A stretch of DNA of 64,000 nucleotides from positions 2,544 through 66,543 of the forward strand of contig NZ_CALYQK010000002.1 of assembly GCF_945285465.1 (NCBI RefSeq), given 5' to 3'. Of the stretch, positions 49,430-59,349 are shown piece by piece. The notes under the pieces were generated by a model, which did not search any database, was not told the origin of the DNA, and saw only the letters and a list, made by a program, of their open reading frames with translations. How positions within the stretch are numbered: the stretch's first letter is position 1; every line of letters begins with the position of its first letter. Made by a program: the position numbers and the translations under genes. Source of the stretch: an uncultured Bartonella sp. Lineage in GTDB: Bacteria; Pseudomonadota; Alphaproteobacteria; Rhizobiales; Rhizobiaceae.

Positions 49430-49975
49430 TTATAATTCGTCCGGCAAAGAAAGCGCAACTAAACTGTTTTTAAAACGCATAGCGTTGTTATGATAGTGGA
49501 GTGCCGATTTTTTATTGGCGGCAATTTCTTCCTCGGTCAGTTTGCGAATAAGACGCGCCGGATTACCAAGAATAAGGGAATAGCTCGGAAATTCCTTGCC
49601 TTGAGTAATGAGTGAACCGGCCCCGACAAGACAACCTTCGCCGATAACGGCATGATTCATTATTGTTGTTCCCATGCCGATCATGCAGTTGTCATTGATC
49701 GTGCAGCCATGCAATATAACTTTGTGTCCAACCGTACAATTTTTTCCGATTGCAACTTCAATGCCCAGATCGGTATGAATAACCGACAGATCTTGGATAT
49801 TTGTTCCTTCCCCTATCGTTATCATTTCATTATCGCCGCGCAAAACCGCACCGAACCAGACACTGGAGCGAGGTTTCAATGTAACTTTACCAATAATTTC
49901 AGCACTTGGCGCAATCCAGGTGTTTTCACTATTTTCAATATTGGGACTAATTCCCTCGAGCCGAAAAAAAGCCAT
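49430..49975 (-). CDS. Gamma-carbonic anhydrase family (YrdA/PaaY-like) hexapeptide protein
   Basis: VWFGAVLRGD, NIQD.SVIH, TVGH.VILHGC (three Zn His). Confidence 0.9.
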   Translation of the reverse strand: MAFFRLEGISPNIENSENTWIAPSAEIIGKVTLKPRSSVWFGAVLRGDNEMITIGEGTNIQDLSVIHTDLGIEVAIGKNCTVGHKVILHGCTINDNCMIGMGTTIMNHAVIGEGCLVGAGSLITQGKEFPSYSLILGNPARLIRKLTEEEIAANKKSALHYHNNAMRFKNSLVALSLPDEL

Positions 49976-49999
49976 TTTATATTACCCTTCAAAAAATAT

Positions 50000-51352
50000 T
50001 TAACAATTTATATGCTTGGTTTTAATGATCGTATTTAATTTATCATTTGCTTGTACGCTTAATTTCGCTGAAACAACAACAGAGCCATCTTCTTGTACGG
50101 CCTGCCTGACTGAACCACCATTTTTATAAAGCCAATCAAGAAGCCCGTATTCGTCGGGTTTTAGCACAATTTTTCTGTCAATTATTTCACCTGAAATCTG
50201 TTTTTCAATGACGGCAAGCAGGTTGTCAATACCTTTTCCTGTCAATGCCGAGACCGGAACCACAGGAGTAGCGGCAGCATGTGCAGCATCTTCAAGTGCC
50301 GATAAAGAAACCTGATCGAGCAAATCCACCTTGTTCCATACCTCTATCATATGGCTCGGGTCATCGACATTAACGCCAATACTTGCCAGAATATTCATAA
50401 CATCCTGTGCGTGAGCATGGTGGTGGATATCGGACATATCACGGACATGAAGAATAAGATCTGCTTCCACAACCTCTTCAAGTGTTGCACGAAAAGCAGC
50501 AACAAGATGGGTTGGCAAATCGGAAATAAACCCCACAGTATCGGAAAGCATGACCGTTTGTTCATGCGGCAAAACAATCTTGCGTAACGTCGGATCAAGT
50601 GTTGCAAAAAGCATATCCTTGGCAAGCACATCAGCACCAGTCAAACGGTTGAATAAAGTCGATTTACCCGCATTGGTATAGCCGACCAGAGCTACAACCG
50701 GATAAGGTACCTTTTTTCTCTTGGCTCTGTGTAGCGCCCGTGTTCTTACAACAGTTTCAAGTTCACGTTTTATACGAACAATTTTTTCCTGAAGGATGCG
50801 TCGATCCGATTCAATCTGCGTTTCTCCCGGCCCGCCGAGGAAGCCGGTACCACCGCGCTGTCTTTCCAGATGCGTCCAGCTGCGCACCAACCGTCCTTTT
50901 TGATAATTGAGATGGGCAAGCTCAACCTGAAGCACACCTTCCTTTGTTCTTGCCCTGTCACCAAAAATTTCCAAAATCAGTGCTGTACGGTCAATAACCT
51001 TGCAAGACCATGCTTTTTCTAGATTGCGTTGCTGAATGGGTGATAACGGATAATCTATAACAGCAAGTTCAATTTCTTTTGCGCCAATAAGCTCGGCGAT
51101 TTCTTCAACTTTACCTGCTCCAAGCAAAGTAGCCGGACGCGGCTTCTCGATATTTATAGCAAGCTTGTCAACAACATTGAGCCGGATAGCCTGTGCCAGA
51201 CCGACAGCTTCTTCCATCCGGGAAAGGGATGACGCATCGCCGGTTTTGTGCGCAACATTCCTCTCATATACGACCGGAACAATTATAATTGCCCGTGTTT
51301 CGGCAACTTGTCGCGAGATCAACTTGCTGGCTTTGTCATGAATATCAAACAT
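50000..51352 (-). CDS. hflX: GTPase HflX
   Basis: GPGETQIE.DRR, GYTNAGKS, FATLDPT, DTVGF, NKVD. Confidence 0.96.
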   Translation of the reverse strand: MFDIHDKASKLISRQVAETRAIIIVPVVYERNVAHKTGDASSLSRMEEAVGLAQAIRLNVVDKLAINIEKPRPATLLGAGKVEEIAELIGAKEIELAVIDYPLSPIQQRNLEKAWSCKVIDRTALILEIFGDRARTKEGVLQVELAHLNYQKGRLVRSWTHLERQRGGTGFLGGPGETQIESDRRILQEKIVRIKRELETVVRTRALHRAKRKKVPYPVVALVGYTNAGKSTLFNRLTGADVLAKDMLFATLDPTLRKIVLPHEQTVMLSDTVGFISDLPTHLVAAFRATLEEVVEADLILHVRDMSDIHHHAHAQDVMNILASIGVNVDDPSHMIEVWNKVDLLDQVSLSALEDAAHAAATPVVPVSALTGKGIDNLLAVIEKQISGEIIDRKIVLKPDEYGLLDWLYKNGGSVRQAVQEDGSVVVSAKLSVQANDKLNTIIKTKHINC

Positions 51353-51420
51353 CGTGTTTTGACCAAAAGGCTAACCGGAATAAAATAATGAAAGCCCGAT
51401 CAATCAAGTCCACATGTCAC

Positions 51421-51663
51421 CTATTCAATGTTTTCTTCTTCATCAAACATCTGTACCGATTGGCTTGGCATAATTGTCGATATAGCGTGTTTATAAACCA
51501 ATTGCGAATGCCCGTCGCGGCGCAGCAACACGCAGAAATTATCAAATGATGTTACTATACCGGTTAATTTAACCCCATTTACCAAAAAGATTGTCAAAGA
51601 AATCTTTTGTTTACGTACTGCATTCAAAAAGACATCCTGCAGGTGCTGCGATCGTTCCGTCAT
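51421..51663 (-). CDS. hfq: RNA chaperone Hfq
   Basis: [28 protein letters not shown]. Confidence 0.98.
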   Translation of the reverse strand: MTERSQHLQDVFLNAVRKQKISLTIFLVNGVKLTGIVTSFDNFCVLLRRDGHSQLVYKHAISTIMPSQSVQMFDEEENIE

Positions 51664-51810
51664 TGTTCTTATACCTATATTTCGAACCGCATAAAATCTG
51701 ATTTATTCATATCGAACAAAAAGTCCTCGCTTGTCAATGCGAAACTATAACTCGTATCCACAGCTTTAAGTAGCATAAGCTGTTTAAATTCTACCGTTTA
51801 ATCGCTATCT

Positions 51811-53025
51811 TTACTGCTTTATCGCTATCATCATAGTAATAGGAAGCGCGTTACGCCAAACACGAAAGTTGCCTAATGGTGCAGCTTCCGCTACTGCCAA
51901 ATGAAGCAACCTTGCAGCAATTTTTGTTGCACAAGCCTGTAAAAGAGCTTCGGTTTCTACTGTTACAGCATTAACCACCAAACGTCCACCTGGCTTAAGC
52001 TGGGCCCAACAACTTTCAAAAACCTCTGGATAGGTGAAACCGCCACCAATAAATATGGCGTCCGGTTTTTCCAGTCCCGCCAAAACAGATGGCGCCTCGC
52101 CTCTGACCAACTGCAACCCGAAAGTCCCCAAGTGCAGGCTGTTTTTTAAAATCAGCTGTTGTCTTTTTTCGTTTTTTTCGATTGCATAAGCACGTGTCCC
52201 CGTCGCACCGCGCAACCATTCTATGGATATAGAGCCACAACCGGCACCAACATCCCATAAGACTTCGCCATATTTTGGTGCAAGATGCGCCATTACAACG
52301 GCTCGTATATCCTGTTTGGTCAACTGCCCGTCATTGGAAAACACGTTATCCGGCAAAGCTGCATAGCGAGAATAACCAACCATGGCATTATCGCCAACAC
52401 AATCCACCGCGACAAGATTGAGATTTTCGCAATCGTTGATGCTGAATTCATTTGCAATTTGGCAACGCACACGCTCTTTGGCGGCGTCAAGATGTTCCAT
52501 TATGGTCAAACGGCTTGCTCCAAAGCCTTCATCTTGTAAAAGTTGAGCTATAAAAGCAGGACTACGTGCATCTTCCGACAAGATGATCAAACGTTTTTTT
52601 GGCTGTAAATGTCCGACGATCGCACGTATGGGCCGTCCGTGAACAGAAAGACAGACAACATCTTGCAACGCCCAGCCTAAACGGGCCGCCGCCAAAGAAA
52701 ATGACGAAGGATGTGGCAATACCGCGACATCATCAACAGGCAATTGGCGCAGCAACGTCGCGCCAAAACCAAAAAACATCGGATCGCCACTTGCAAGGAT
52801 AACAACATTATTTCCTTTTAACAACAGAACTTCATCAATAGCTCGGGAAAAGGGTGATGGCCATGCTCGCAATTCGCCCGTCAATTCAACCGGCAAAAAA
52901 CCGAGATGACGTTTGCCACCAAAAATATATTGCGCATTGGCAATAATATCCTGTTGGCGGTTTGTTAATCCATTCCAGCCATCATCGCCAATTCCAATAA
53001 TTGTGAGCCAAGGTTTTTTATTCAT
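51811..53025 (-). CDS. cobL: Precorrin-6Y C5,15-methyltransferase (CbiE-CbiT fusion)
   Basis: PWLTIIGIG.DG, LASGDPMFFG, DGQLTK..IR, WDVGAGCGSI.IEW. Start set to ATG 53025. Confidence 0.93.
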   Translation of the reverse strand: MNKKPWLTIIGIGDDGWNGLTNRQQDIIANAQYIFGGKRHLGFLPVELTGELRAWPSPFSRAIDEVLLLKGNNVVILASGDPMFFGFGATLLRQLPVDDVAVLPHPSSFSLAAARLGWALQDVVCLSVHGRPIRAIVGHLQPKKRLIILSEDARSPAFIAQLLQDEGFGASRLTIMEHLDAAKERVRCQIANEFSINDCENLNLVAVDCVGDNAMVGYSRYAALPDNVFSNDGQLTKQDIRAVVMAHLAPKYGEVLWDVGAGCGSISIEWLRGATGTRAYAIEKNEKRQQLILKNSLHLGTFGLQLVRGEAPSVLAGLEKPDAIFIGGGFTYPEVFESCWAQLKPGGRLVVNAVTVETEALLQACATKIAARLLHLAVAEAAPLGNFRVWRNALPITMMIAIKQ

Positions 53026-53096
53026 ATCCGTTGATCGGCAGACCATTTCTTTCTATGTTTCTTCTTAGAATCCGCCTAGCCCGAGAGCAAGCACAA

Positions 53097-54479
53097 ATGA
53101 TATCTTTTCCGATAAGTAATGGTGAACGCGAAATAAAAAACACCAAAGACCGGCGTTTCGCCTGTCCAGGTTTGTTCCGTATGCCCGCTGCCAATGATGG
53201 TGGCATCTGTCGTATAAAATTACCTATGGGGCAGTTCAATGATAAAGCCATAGAAGGTGTTGCCGATGCCGCCGAAATTTTTTCCAATAGCCATGTCGAA
53301 TTGACCACCCGTGCCAACCTGCAGATACGCGCCGTTGCAAAACATAATGAAAAACAATTGATAGCTGCACTTCTGGAACTTGGGCTCGGGCCGTTAACGC
53401 GGGAAGGTGATGATATACGAAATGTCATGGTTGCACCAACCGCCGGCATTGATTGCAACATGTTTTTCGACACAACCCAGTTGGGTAAAAAGCTTCTTGA
53501 AATGTTGCAGACAAACCGGCAATTTTCGCGTCTTTCGCCCAAATTTTCATTCCTTATCAATGGTGGAGAAACCACAAAGGTTACAGATCATGTTGCCGAT
53601 ATATGGCTTTCGGCCTTACCCGACGGTGAAAAATTGAACTTCGGTTTTGCTTCATGCTCCGATAATGATTGCAACGGCAAATCGACGGCTGTCGGCAGTA
53701 TTTCAACAGATAAAGCTTTGGAGTTTATCAGATCCTGTCTTGAAACTTTTATCGCGGTCAGCAAATCGGATCCGTCAATCAGCCGCATGAAGCACCTTTG
53801 CCATAGCCAGCATTACAGCGTATTTCTGACGGACCTTAGACAACGTTTTCCACATAAAATAGCAAAACCTGTCACCCTGCCACAAAAACCAACAAAAGTT
53901 TCGGCTCTTACAGGCATTTTCCCACAAAACGACCGTCCGTTTTTTTATGTAGGTGCAAGGCCCCATCTTGGTAGACTGTCTTCTTTATCCTTGCGCGCCA
54001 TTGCCAAAATCATAAAAATACGAGCGCAGAACAGCCCGATACGCCTTACCCATTATCAAGGAATTATTGTGCCCGATTGTAGTGCTTACGAAGCGGAGTT
54101 AATTAAAAAGGAGCTTGCTTCAATCGGTCTTGCCGTTGACAAAAGCGACCCGGCGCTGGATATTTTTTGCTGTGCGGGCGCACCGGCCTGCCGTTCGGGG
54201 CTGTCGAACGTCCAACGTGACGGAAAATATCTTATTGATTATTTTACATCTGCCCTGACCAATCCTGTTCATCTAACGGCGTGTCCAAAAGCATGCGTTG
54301 CAACTGTTGCATTTGACTTCACCGCATTGGCAACAAAAGACAGCGTTTATGATTTATATCGTGCCGATTGTTCAAATACCCATAAATTCGGCAAACTGCT
54401 GTTCCAAAACATGACCATTTCCGATATTGCGCACTATATAGAAGAAATATCGAAACGAAGTGAATGCAAAAAGGTATGA
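53097..54479 (+). CDS. cobG: Precorrin-3B synthase
   Basis: ACPGL...DGGICRIKL, ELTTRANLQIR, CAGAPAC.S and HLTACPKAC Fe-S motifs. Followed by cobH/I/J. Start set to ATG 53097. Confidence 0.88.
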   Translation: MISFPISNGEREIKNTKDRRFACPGLFRMPAANDGGICRIKLPMGQFNDKAIEGVADAAEIFSNSHVELTTRANLQIRAVAKHNEKQLIAALLELGLGPLTREGDDIRNVMVAPTAGIDCNMFFDTTQLGKKLLEMLQTNRQFSRLSPKFSFLINGGETTKVTDHVADIWLSALPDGEKLNFGFASCSDNDCNGKSTAVGSISTDKALEFIRSCLETFIAVSKSDPSISRMKHLCHSQHYSVFLTDLRQRFPHKIAKPVTLPQKPTKVSALTGIFPQNDRPFFYVGARPHLGRLSSLSLRAIAKIIKIRAQNSPIRLTHYQGIIVPDCSAYEAELIKKELASIGLAVDKSDPALDIFCCAGAPACRSGLSNVQRDGKYLIDYFTSALTNPVHLTACPKACVATVAFDFTALATKDSVYDLYRADCSNTHKFGKLLFQNMTISDIAHYIEEISKRSECKKV

Positions 54480-54483
54480 ATTG

Positions 54484-55110
54484 ATGTTCAACTATATCAA
54501 GGATGGTCAGGAAATATATAATCGCTCGTTTGCGACGATACGTGCAGAAGCCGCACTTGATAATATTCCGGACGATATGAAAAAATTGGTCGTACGGGTC
54601 ATTCATTCCTGCGGCATGGTGGATATCGTCAACGACATTGCCTTTTCTGATGGTGCCGGTTTAATCGGCAGAAAAGCACTGGCTGAAGGCTGTAATATAT
54701 TATGCGATGCCAAGATGGTGGCCGAAGGCATAACTAAAAGGCGTCTTCCGGCAAATAACAAGGTTATATGTACGCTCACTGACCAGTCGGTGCCTGAACA
54801 CGCCAAGATTATTCATAATACACGTTCGGCCGCCGCTGTCGATCTGTGGCAGCCTTATATCAAAAACTCTATTGTTGTGATCGGCAATGCGCCCACAGCA
54901 TTGTTCCATCTTCTTAATCTCATTGACGAAGGTTTTGAAAAACCGCGCCTGATTATCGGCTTTCCGGTAGGTTTTGTCGGTGCAAAAGAATCCAAATTGG
55001 CACTTTCGTCGAATAGTTTTTCAATCCCCTATATTGTTATACATGGAAGACGGGGTGGTAGCGCAATGGCCGCAGCTGCAATCAATGCCTTGGCGAGCGA
55101 ACACGAATGA
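54484..55110 (+). CDS. cobH: Precorrin-8X methylmutase
   Basis: YIKDG.EIY.RSFATIR.E, IHSCG, TRSAAA, GNAPTALF, PVGFVGA.ESK, GRRGGSA. Confidence 0.95.
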   Translation: MFNYIKDGQEIYNRSFATIRAEAALDNIPDDMKKLVVRVIHSCGMVDIVNDIAFSDGAGLIGRKALAEGCNILCDAKMVAEGITKRRLPANNKVICTLTDQSVPEHAKIIHNTRSAAAVDLWQPYIKNSIVVIGNAPTALFHLLNLIDEGFEKPRLIIGFPVGFVGAKESKLALSSNSFSIPYIVIHGRRGGSAMAAAAINALASEHE

Positions 55111-55859
55111 CTAGAGAAACGGCAAAGCTAATAGGCGTTGGTGTTGGCCCCGGAGACCCGGAACTTATCACCGTCAAAGGAGTGAAAGCCATTCAGTCAG
55201 CCGATGTAATTGCTTATCATGAAACAGCAACGCACAATAGTAATGCTCTGAAAATTGCCCGTTGCTGGATTGTCAAAAAAACAACACTCCTGCCATTGAC
55301 ATATCCCCTTACAACGCAGTCTGACAGCCGCTCACACAGCTATCGGACAAAGCTAACTGATTTTTATAATAACACAACACAACGCATCGAGGAAAATTTA
55401 AAAAACAATAAAAAAGTCATAATTCTGGCGGAAGGTGACCCGCTTTTCTATAGTTCTTTTATGTATATTTATGATCGACTTGGAAAAAGCTACCCAACAG
55501 AAATTATACCAGGAATTTCTTCTATTTTCGGTGCGGCTTCTGCTTTACAGACACCTCTATGCTATCGTAATCAGCGTTTTACTGTTCTATCCGGTGTTCT
55601 GGAAAAGGAAGAGCTTATCGATGGGCTTCAAAACGGTGATGCTTTTGCCATTTTGAAAGTCGGCAGAAATCTCGGAAAAATCAAAGCTGCTATTATAGAA
55701 AGCGGTATGGCTGAACGAGCCTTATATATTGAACGCGCAACAATGGACGAACAAAAAATTCTCCCGCTTGAACTGGCTGTTCCGGAGCTTTCGCCATATT
55801 TTTCGTTGGTTCTGATACCCGGTAAAAACCCATATAAAAAGGTTGATAATGTTGTTTAA
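55107..55859 (+). CDS. cobI: Precorrin-2 C20-methyltransferase
   Basis: GVGVGPGDPELIT.K, EGDPLFYSSFMY, PYFS. ATGA overlap with cobH. Confidence 0.94.
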   Translation: MTRETAKLIGVGVGPGDPELITVKGVKAIQSADVIAYHETATHNSNALKIARCWIVKKTTLLPLTYPLTTQSDSRSHSYRTKLTDFYNNTTQRIEENLKNNKKVIILAEGDPLFYSSFMYIYDRLGKSYPTEIIPGISSIFGAASALQTPLCYRNQRFTVLSGVLEKEELIDGLQNGDAFAILKVGRNLGKIKAAIIESGMAERALYIERATMDEQKILPLELAVPELSPYFSLVLIPGKNPYKKVDNVV

Positions 55860-57261
55860 GAACGTATCGCAACATTTGGCAATTTTTTTATTTTCCGATT
55901 ATCCGGTTGCAAAAGCTATTGCGCTTGCCGATCGGTGTGACAGCGCAACGATTTATGCGACAGACCACGTTGCCAACAATTGTTGTACTATCGTCGATTC
56001 GATAAGCAACACAATGATTGAAGCATTTAAAGCCGGTCGGCCGATTGTCGCTTTTTGCGCTTGTGGCATTGTTGTTCGTATTTTAGCGCCGTATTTAAAT
56101 GACAAATTTTGCGACCCGCCGGTTTTATGCATTGCCGAAGACGGCTCGTCAGTTGTCCCGCTATTGGGGGGAGCAAGCGGTGCCAACGAGTTGGCTTGTC
56201 AGTTCGCCGAAATTGTTAACGGCCAGGCAGCTATTACGACAAGCGGATGGTTGCGTTTCGGTATAAATCTTGTTGCACCACCGTCCGACCTTGAACTTGT
56301 CAACAAAAAAGACGCCGCCGCCTTTATCTCGTCACTGCTAGCTGGCGAGAAAATTCAACTGATTGGACGCCATGACTGGATTTTGTCAAGTGCGCTGCCA
56401 CTTGCAAAAAACGCACCTCTTAAAATCGTTATTGGAAACGAAAAAGATGGCGGTTCACCGACAACATTGGTCTATCGTCAAAAACCGGAAAACCAAGGTT
56501 GTCTTACCATTATCGGTCTTGGTTCCGGTGATAGACAGAATTTGACTTTTTCTGCGCGGAAAGCGCTCGATGAAGCAACCGATATTTTTGCCTATGACTA
56601 TTACATAAAATTGGCTTCACCGTTTTTGCCTAATCAGACACTTCACGCCAGCGATAACCGGCAAGAACTACAAAGAGCGAAAGATGCGCTGAATTTGGCC
56701 GCCAAAGGGAACAAAGTGGCCATAATTTCGTCCGGAGACCCGGGAATTTTTGCTATGGCATCTGCCGTTTTTGAATGCATGGACAAAGATTTGTCAAAAC
56801 TCTGGTCTGATGTTGACGTGAAAGTTGAACCGGGCATCACGGCAGCGCAATCGGCTGCTGCCCGTTTAGGCGCGCCTTTAGGGCATGATTTTGCAATTAT
56901 CTCGTTATCGGACAATCTAAAACCATGGAGCATCATCGAAAAAAGAATAGTTGCGTCAATCCAATCCGACATGGTGCTTGCACTATATAATCCGGTTTCA
57001 CACTCGCGGCCGACAAAAATTATTGATGCATTGGCTATTATGCATCGTTTGTGTACACCTGAAAGAATTGTCATGATCGGAACAGATGTCGGGCGTCAGG
57101 GCGAAAAAATTATCACAACAACTCTAGCCGAACTTGCAGTTGCAGATATCACAAGCCGGTCCGTTGTTTTAATTGGCTCCAGCCAAACGCGAACGTTTCG
57201 CCAGGCAAAAAAACTGTGGAGCTATACCCCGCGGTCTTACTCCGCTAACCCAAACAGCTAA
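55849..57261 (+). CDS. cobJ: CbiG-N domain fused to precorrin-3B C17-methyltransferase
   Basis: N-terminal ACGIVVR.LAP.L.DK..DPPV...EDGS.VVPLLGG (CbiG_N). C-terminal SDNRQE..RA, SSGDPGIFAMA, GAPLGHDF..ISLSDNLKPW, YTPR.Y. Confidence 0.92.
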   Translation: MLFKNVSQHLAIFLFSDYPVAKAIALADRCDSATIYATDHVANNCCTIVDSISNTMIEAFKAGRPIVAFCACGIVVRILAPYLNDKFCDPPVLCIAEDGSSVVPLLGGASGANELACQFAEIVNGQAAITTSGWLRFGINLVAPPSDLELVNKKDAAAFISSLLAGEKIQLIGRHDWILSSALPLAKNAPLKIVIGNEKDGGSPTTLVYRQKPENQGCLTIIGLGSGDRQNLTFSARKALDEATDIFAYDYYIKLASPFLPNQTLHASDNRQELQRAKDALNLAAKGNKVAIISSGDPGIFAMASAVFECMDKDLSKLWSDVDVKVEPGITAAQSAAARLGAPLGHDFAIISLSDNLKPWSIIEKRIVASIQSDMVLALYNPVSHSRPTKIIDALAIMHRLCTPERIVMIGTDVGRQGEKIITTTLAELAVADITSRSVVLIGSSQTRTFRQAKKLWSYTPRSYSANPNS

Positions 57262-57800
57262 TATAAAGTTTGTTCTGCTGTCTCTGATGTTTTTCCACGC
57301 TTTTTAACGCCGTTTTTTTCCTGACCTGCAGCAGCTTTACGCGAGGTCGCCCCTGTTGTTTTGGTGGTTGAATTATTGGCCGTTATTTGCGAACCGTTTT
57401 TCGCTGCGGCTGCCTGTGCTTCAGCGGCAATCTGGTCGGCACTTTTTGGCGAAGTGTCGATGACAGATTTTACAACACCGGATGCACTGACTGTACAAAC
57501 TGCATCACGTAAATCGACTTTCAGTATGACCTGTGTTGAACCATCACCGGGTTTGCGGGAATCTACGGCCTTGATAACGCGTGTTGGCAGAAAATATTTA
57601 TTTGCCGCACTATTAATACAAGCCTGTGCCAAATCGGGTGCAACACTGCGTGTTGGTGCCGTAAAAGAAGGGAATCTTGATGTTGTAGCGTTTTCAACCG
57701 ACGCAATTGTTGTCTTTGTCGCTGTTGTTGACGTGCATCCGGTGACGGTGCAAACAAGACCCGCAACGATCAGGACAGAATTTGAAAACATTCTAGACAT
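57258..57800 (-). CDS. Lipoprotein, function unknown (YsaB-like cysteine pair possible)
   Basis: VTGC lipobox, C...AA.KY...C domain, basic low-complexity tail, GAGG RBS. Confidence 0.72.
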   Translation of the reverse strand: MSRMFSNSVLIVAGLVCTVTGCTSTTATKTTIASVENATTSRFPSFTAPTRSVAPDLAQACINSAANKYFLPTRVIKAVDSRKPGDGSTQVILKVDLRDAVCTVSASGVVKSVIDTSPKSADQIAAEAQAAAAKNGSQITANNSTTKTTGATSRKAAAGQEKNGVKKRGKTSETAEQTLY

Positions 57801-57910
57801 ACGGACACCTCGACAAACTTTTCCGTCAACACCACAAATCTAAACGGAGCCAATCAATGCCCTTTAGCGATTTTTTCTATTCCCGTCATCATTATTATGT
57901 ATCAAAGTGA

Positions 57911-58411
57911 TCATCTGATTGTGGAGTGTGTCGCAACTACCACAACACCGTGGTCGGAACAATGTTGATTCCAGTCTGAAACCGTGCGTCCATTAACGAC
58001 AACATCCGGGGCAATTTCACAAAGTGGTCGTAAAACAAAGGCCCGTCGGGTCATTAACGGGTGCGGGAGCGTCAGTTTTGCCGAGCGATATTGATCGACT
58101 GATTCATAGACCAGCAAATCTATGTCAAGGCTACGTGGCCCCCATTTTTCTGTTCTCACCCGCCCGTACTTCTGTTCGATTTTTAAACAGAATTCCAACA
58201 GATCCTCGGGAAGAAGGTTTGTTGAAATCTGACAACAAAGGTTGATAAAATCATTCTGGTCGGTTTTTCCCCACGGTGATGTCTGATAAAACGAAGACAC
58301 ATGCTGCACGCTAACATCGGGAGATTGATCGAGGTTTCTCAAGGCTTTTTCAAGTGTTAACCGGACATTTCCAATATTCCCCCCTAGCCCAAGCCAAGCT
58401 CTTTTTGTCAT
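57911..58411 (-). CDS. folK: 6-hydroxymethyl-7,8-dihydropterin pyrophosphokinase
   Basis: LGLGGN.G, PWG.TDQ..F.N, WGPRSLDIDLL, LPHP..R.FVL.PL. Confidence 0.95.
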   Translation of the reverse strand: MTKRAWLGLGGNIGNVRLTLEKALRNLDQSPDVSVQHVSSFYQTSPWGKTDQNDFINLCCQISTNLLPEDLLEFCLKIEQKYGRVRTEKWGPRSLDIDLLVYESVDQYRSAKLTLPHPLMTRRAFVLRPLCEIAPDVVVNGRTVSDWNQHCSDHGVVVVATHSTIR

Positions 58412-59265
58412 TTCACTTTAACTCTCAAAATAGCATCAGCGACAGCCAACGCATCTCTGTTGACGGACACGTTATGGACGCGAAAAATTGAAAAACCGGC
58501 CTGTCTCAACAAGAAAGACGTTGCCGATGTTGCGACATCACGTAATTTCGGTTCGTCGTGACCGGTTATTGCGCCAAGAAAACGTTTTCGTGATGTTGCT
58601 GCCAAAAGTGGAAAACCGAACATTGTCAATTCTCTGGCTCGTTTAAGAAGAACAAGATTATCATTGATATCCTTACCAAAACCGACCCCCGGATCAAGGA
58701 CTATAGACTGGTTACAAATTCCTGCTTTTGCTGCAATGGTTAGCGATTTATCAAAAAAATACTTCTGGTCTTCGATCAGATCGGCGCAAACGACCCTTTC
58801 ACGTGAATTATGCATGATGATAATACCGGCCCGTTTTTCCGCTACCAGATTTGCCATTTCCGGTTCTTTTTGCAGCCCCCAAATATCGTTGATGATGTGC
58901 GCTCCGGCCTGCAAGGCAAGACGCGCTGTCTCGGCATGGTATGTATCAATTGACAAAAGTCCCAATTTTCGTTTGTCTAATTGCCGAATGATTGGCAAGA
59001 CGCGCGCCTGCTCTTCGGCTGGCGAAACCCGTTCAAAACCGGGGCGCGTCGATTCACCGCCAATATCTATAATCTGCGCTCCTTGTCCGATCATTTCATC
59101 GGCAAAATGTTCGGCATTTTCCAGAGAAGTGTGCTCACCACCATCGGAAAAAGAATCGGGTGTCACGTTCAAAATTCCCATCAATACCGAGGATTGTGCG
59201 AGAGAAACTTCTCGGTTGTCGCCTATTAGCCAACACGTTTTCATATTAATTGCACTTGCTTCCAT
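58408..59265 (-). CDS. folP: Dihydropteroate synthase
   Basis: MGILNVTPDSFSDGG, DIGGESTRPG, SIDTY, DPG.GFGK, SRKRF, RVHNV. Confidence 0.96.
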   Translation of the reverse strand: MEASAINMKTCWLIGDNREVSLAQSSVLMGILNVTPDSFSDGGEHTSLENAEHFADEMIGQGAQIIDIGGESTRPGFERVSPAEEQARVLPIIRQLDKRKLGLLSIDTYHAETARLALQAGAHIINDIWGLQKEPEMANLVAEKRAGIIIMHNSRERVVCADLIEDQKYFFDKSLTIAAKAGICNQSIVLDPGVGFGKDINDNLVLLKRARELTMFGFPLLAATSRKRFLGAITGHDEPKLRDVATSATSFLLRQAGFSIFRVHNVSVNRDALAVADAILRVKVK

Positions 59266-59349
59266 TTTTATTTAAATTTGTAGAGGTTTTTTTAGCATAT
59301 TCGTGTAAATGTCGAGTGCAACTTCAGATATTTAACGACAGAGATCAAA

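Noticed and set aside
53026-53096. Cobalamin riboswitch for the cob genes
   Set aside because: The spacer is only 71 nt and lacks the B12-box/GCCACTG core.
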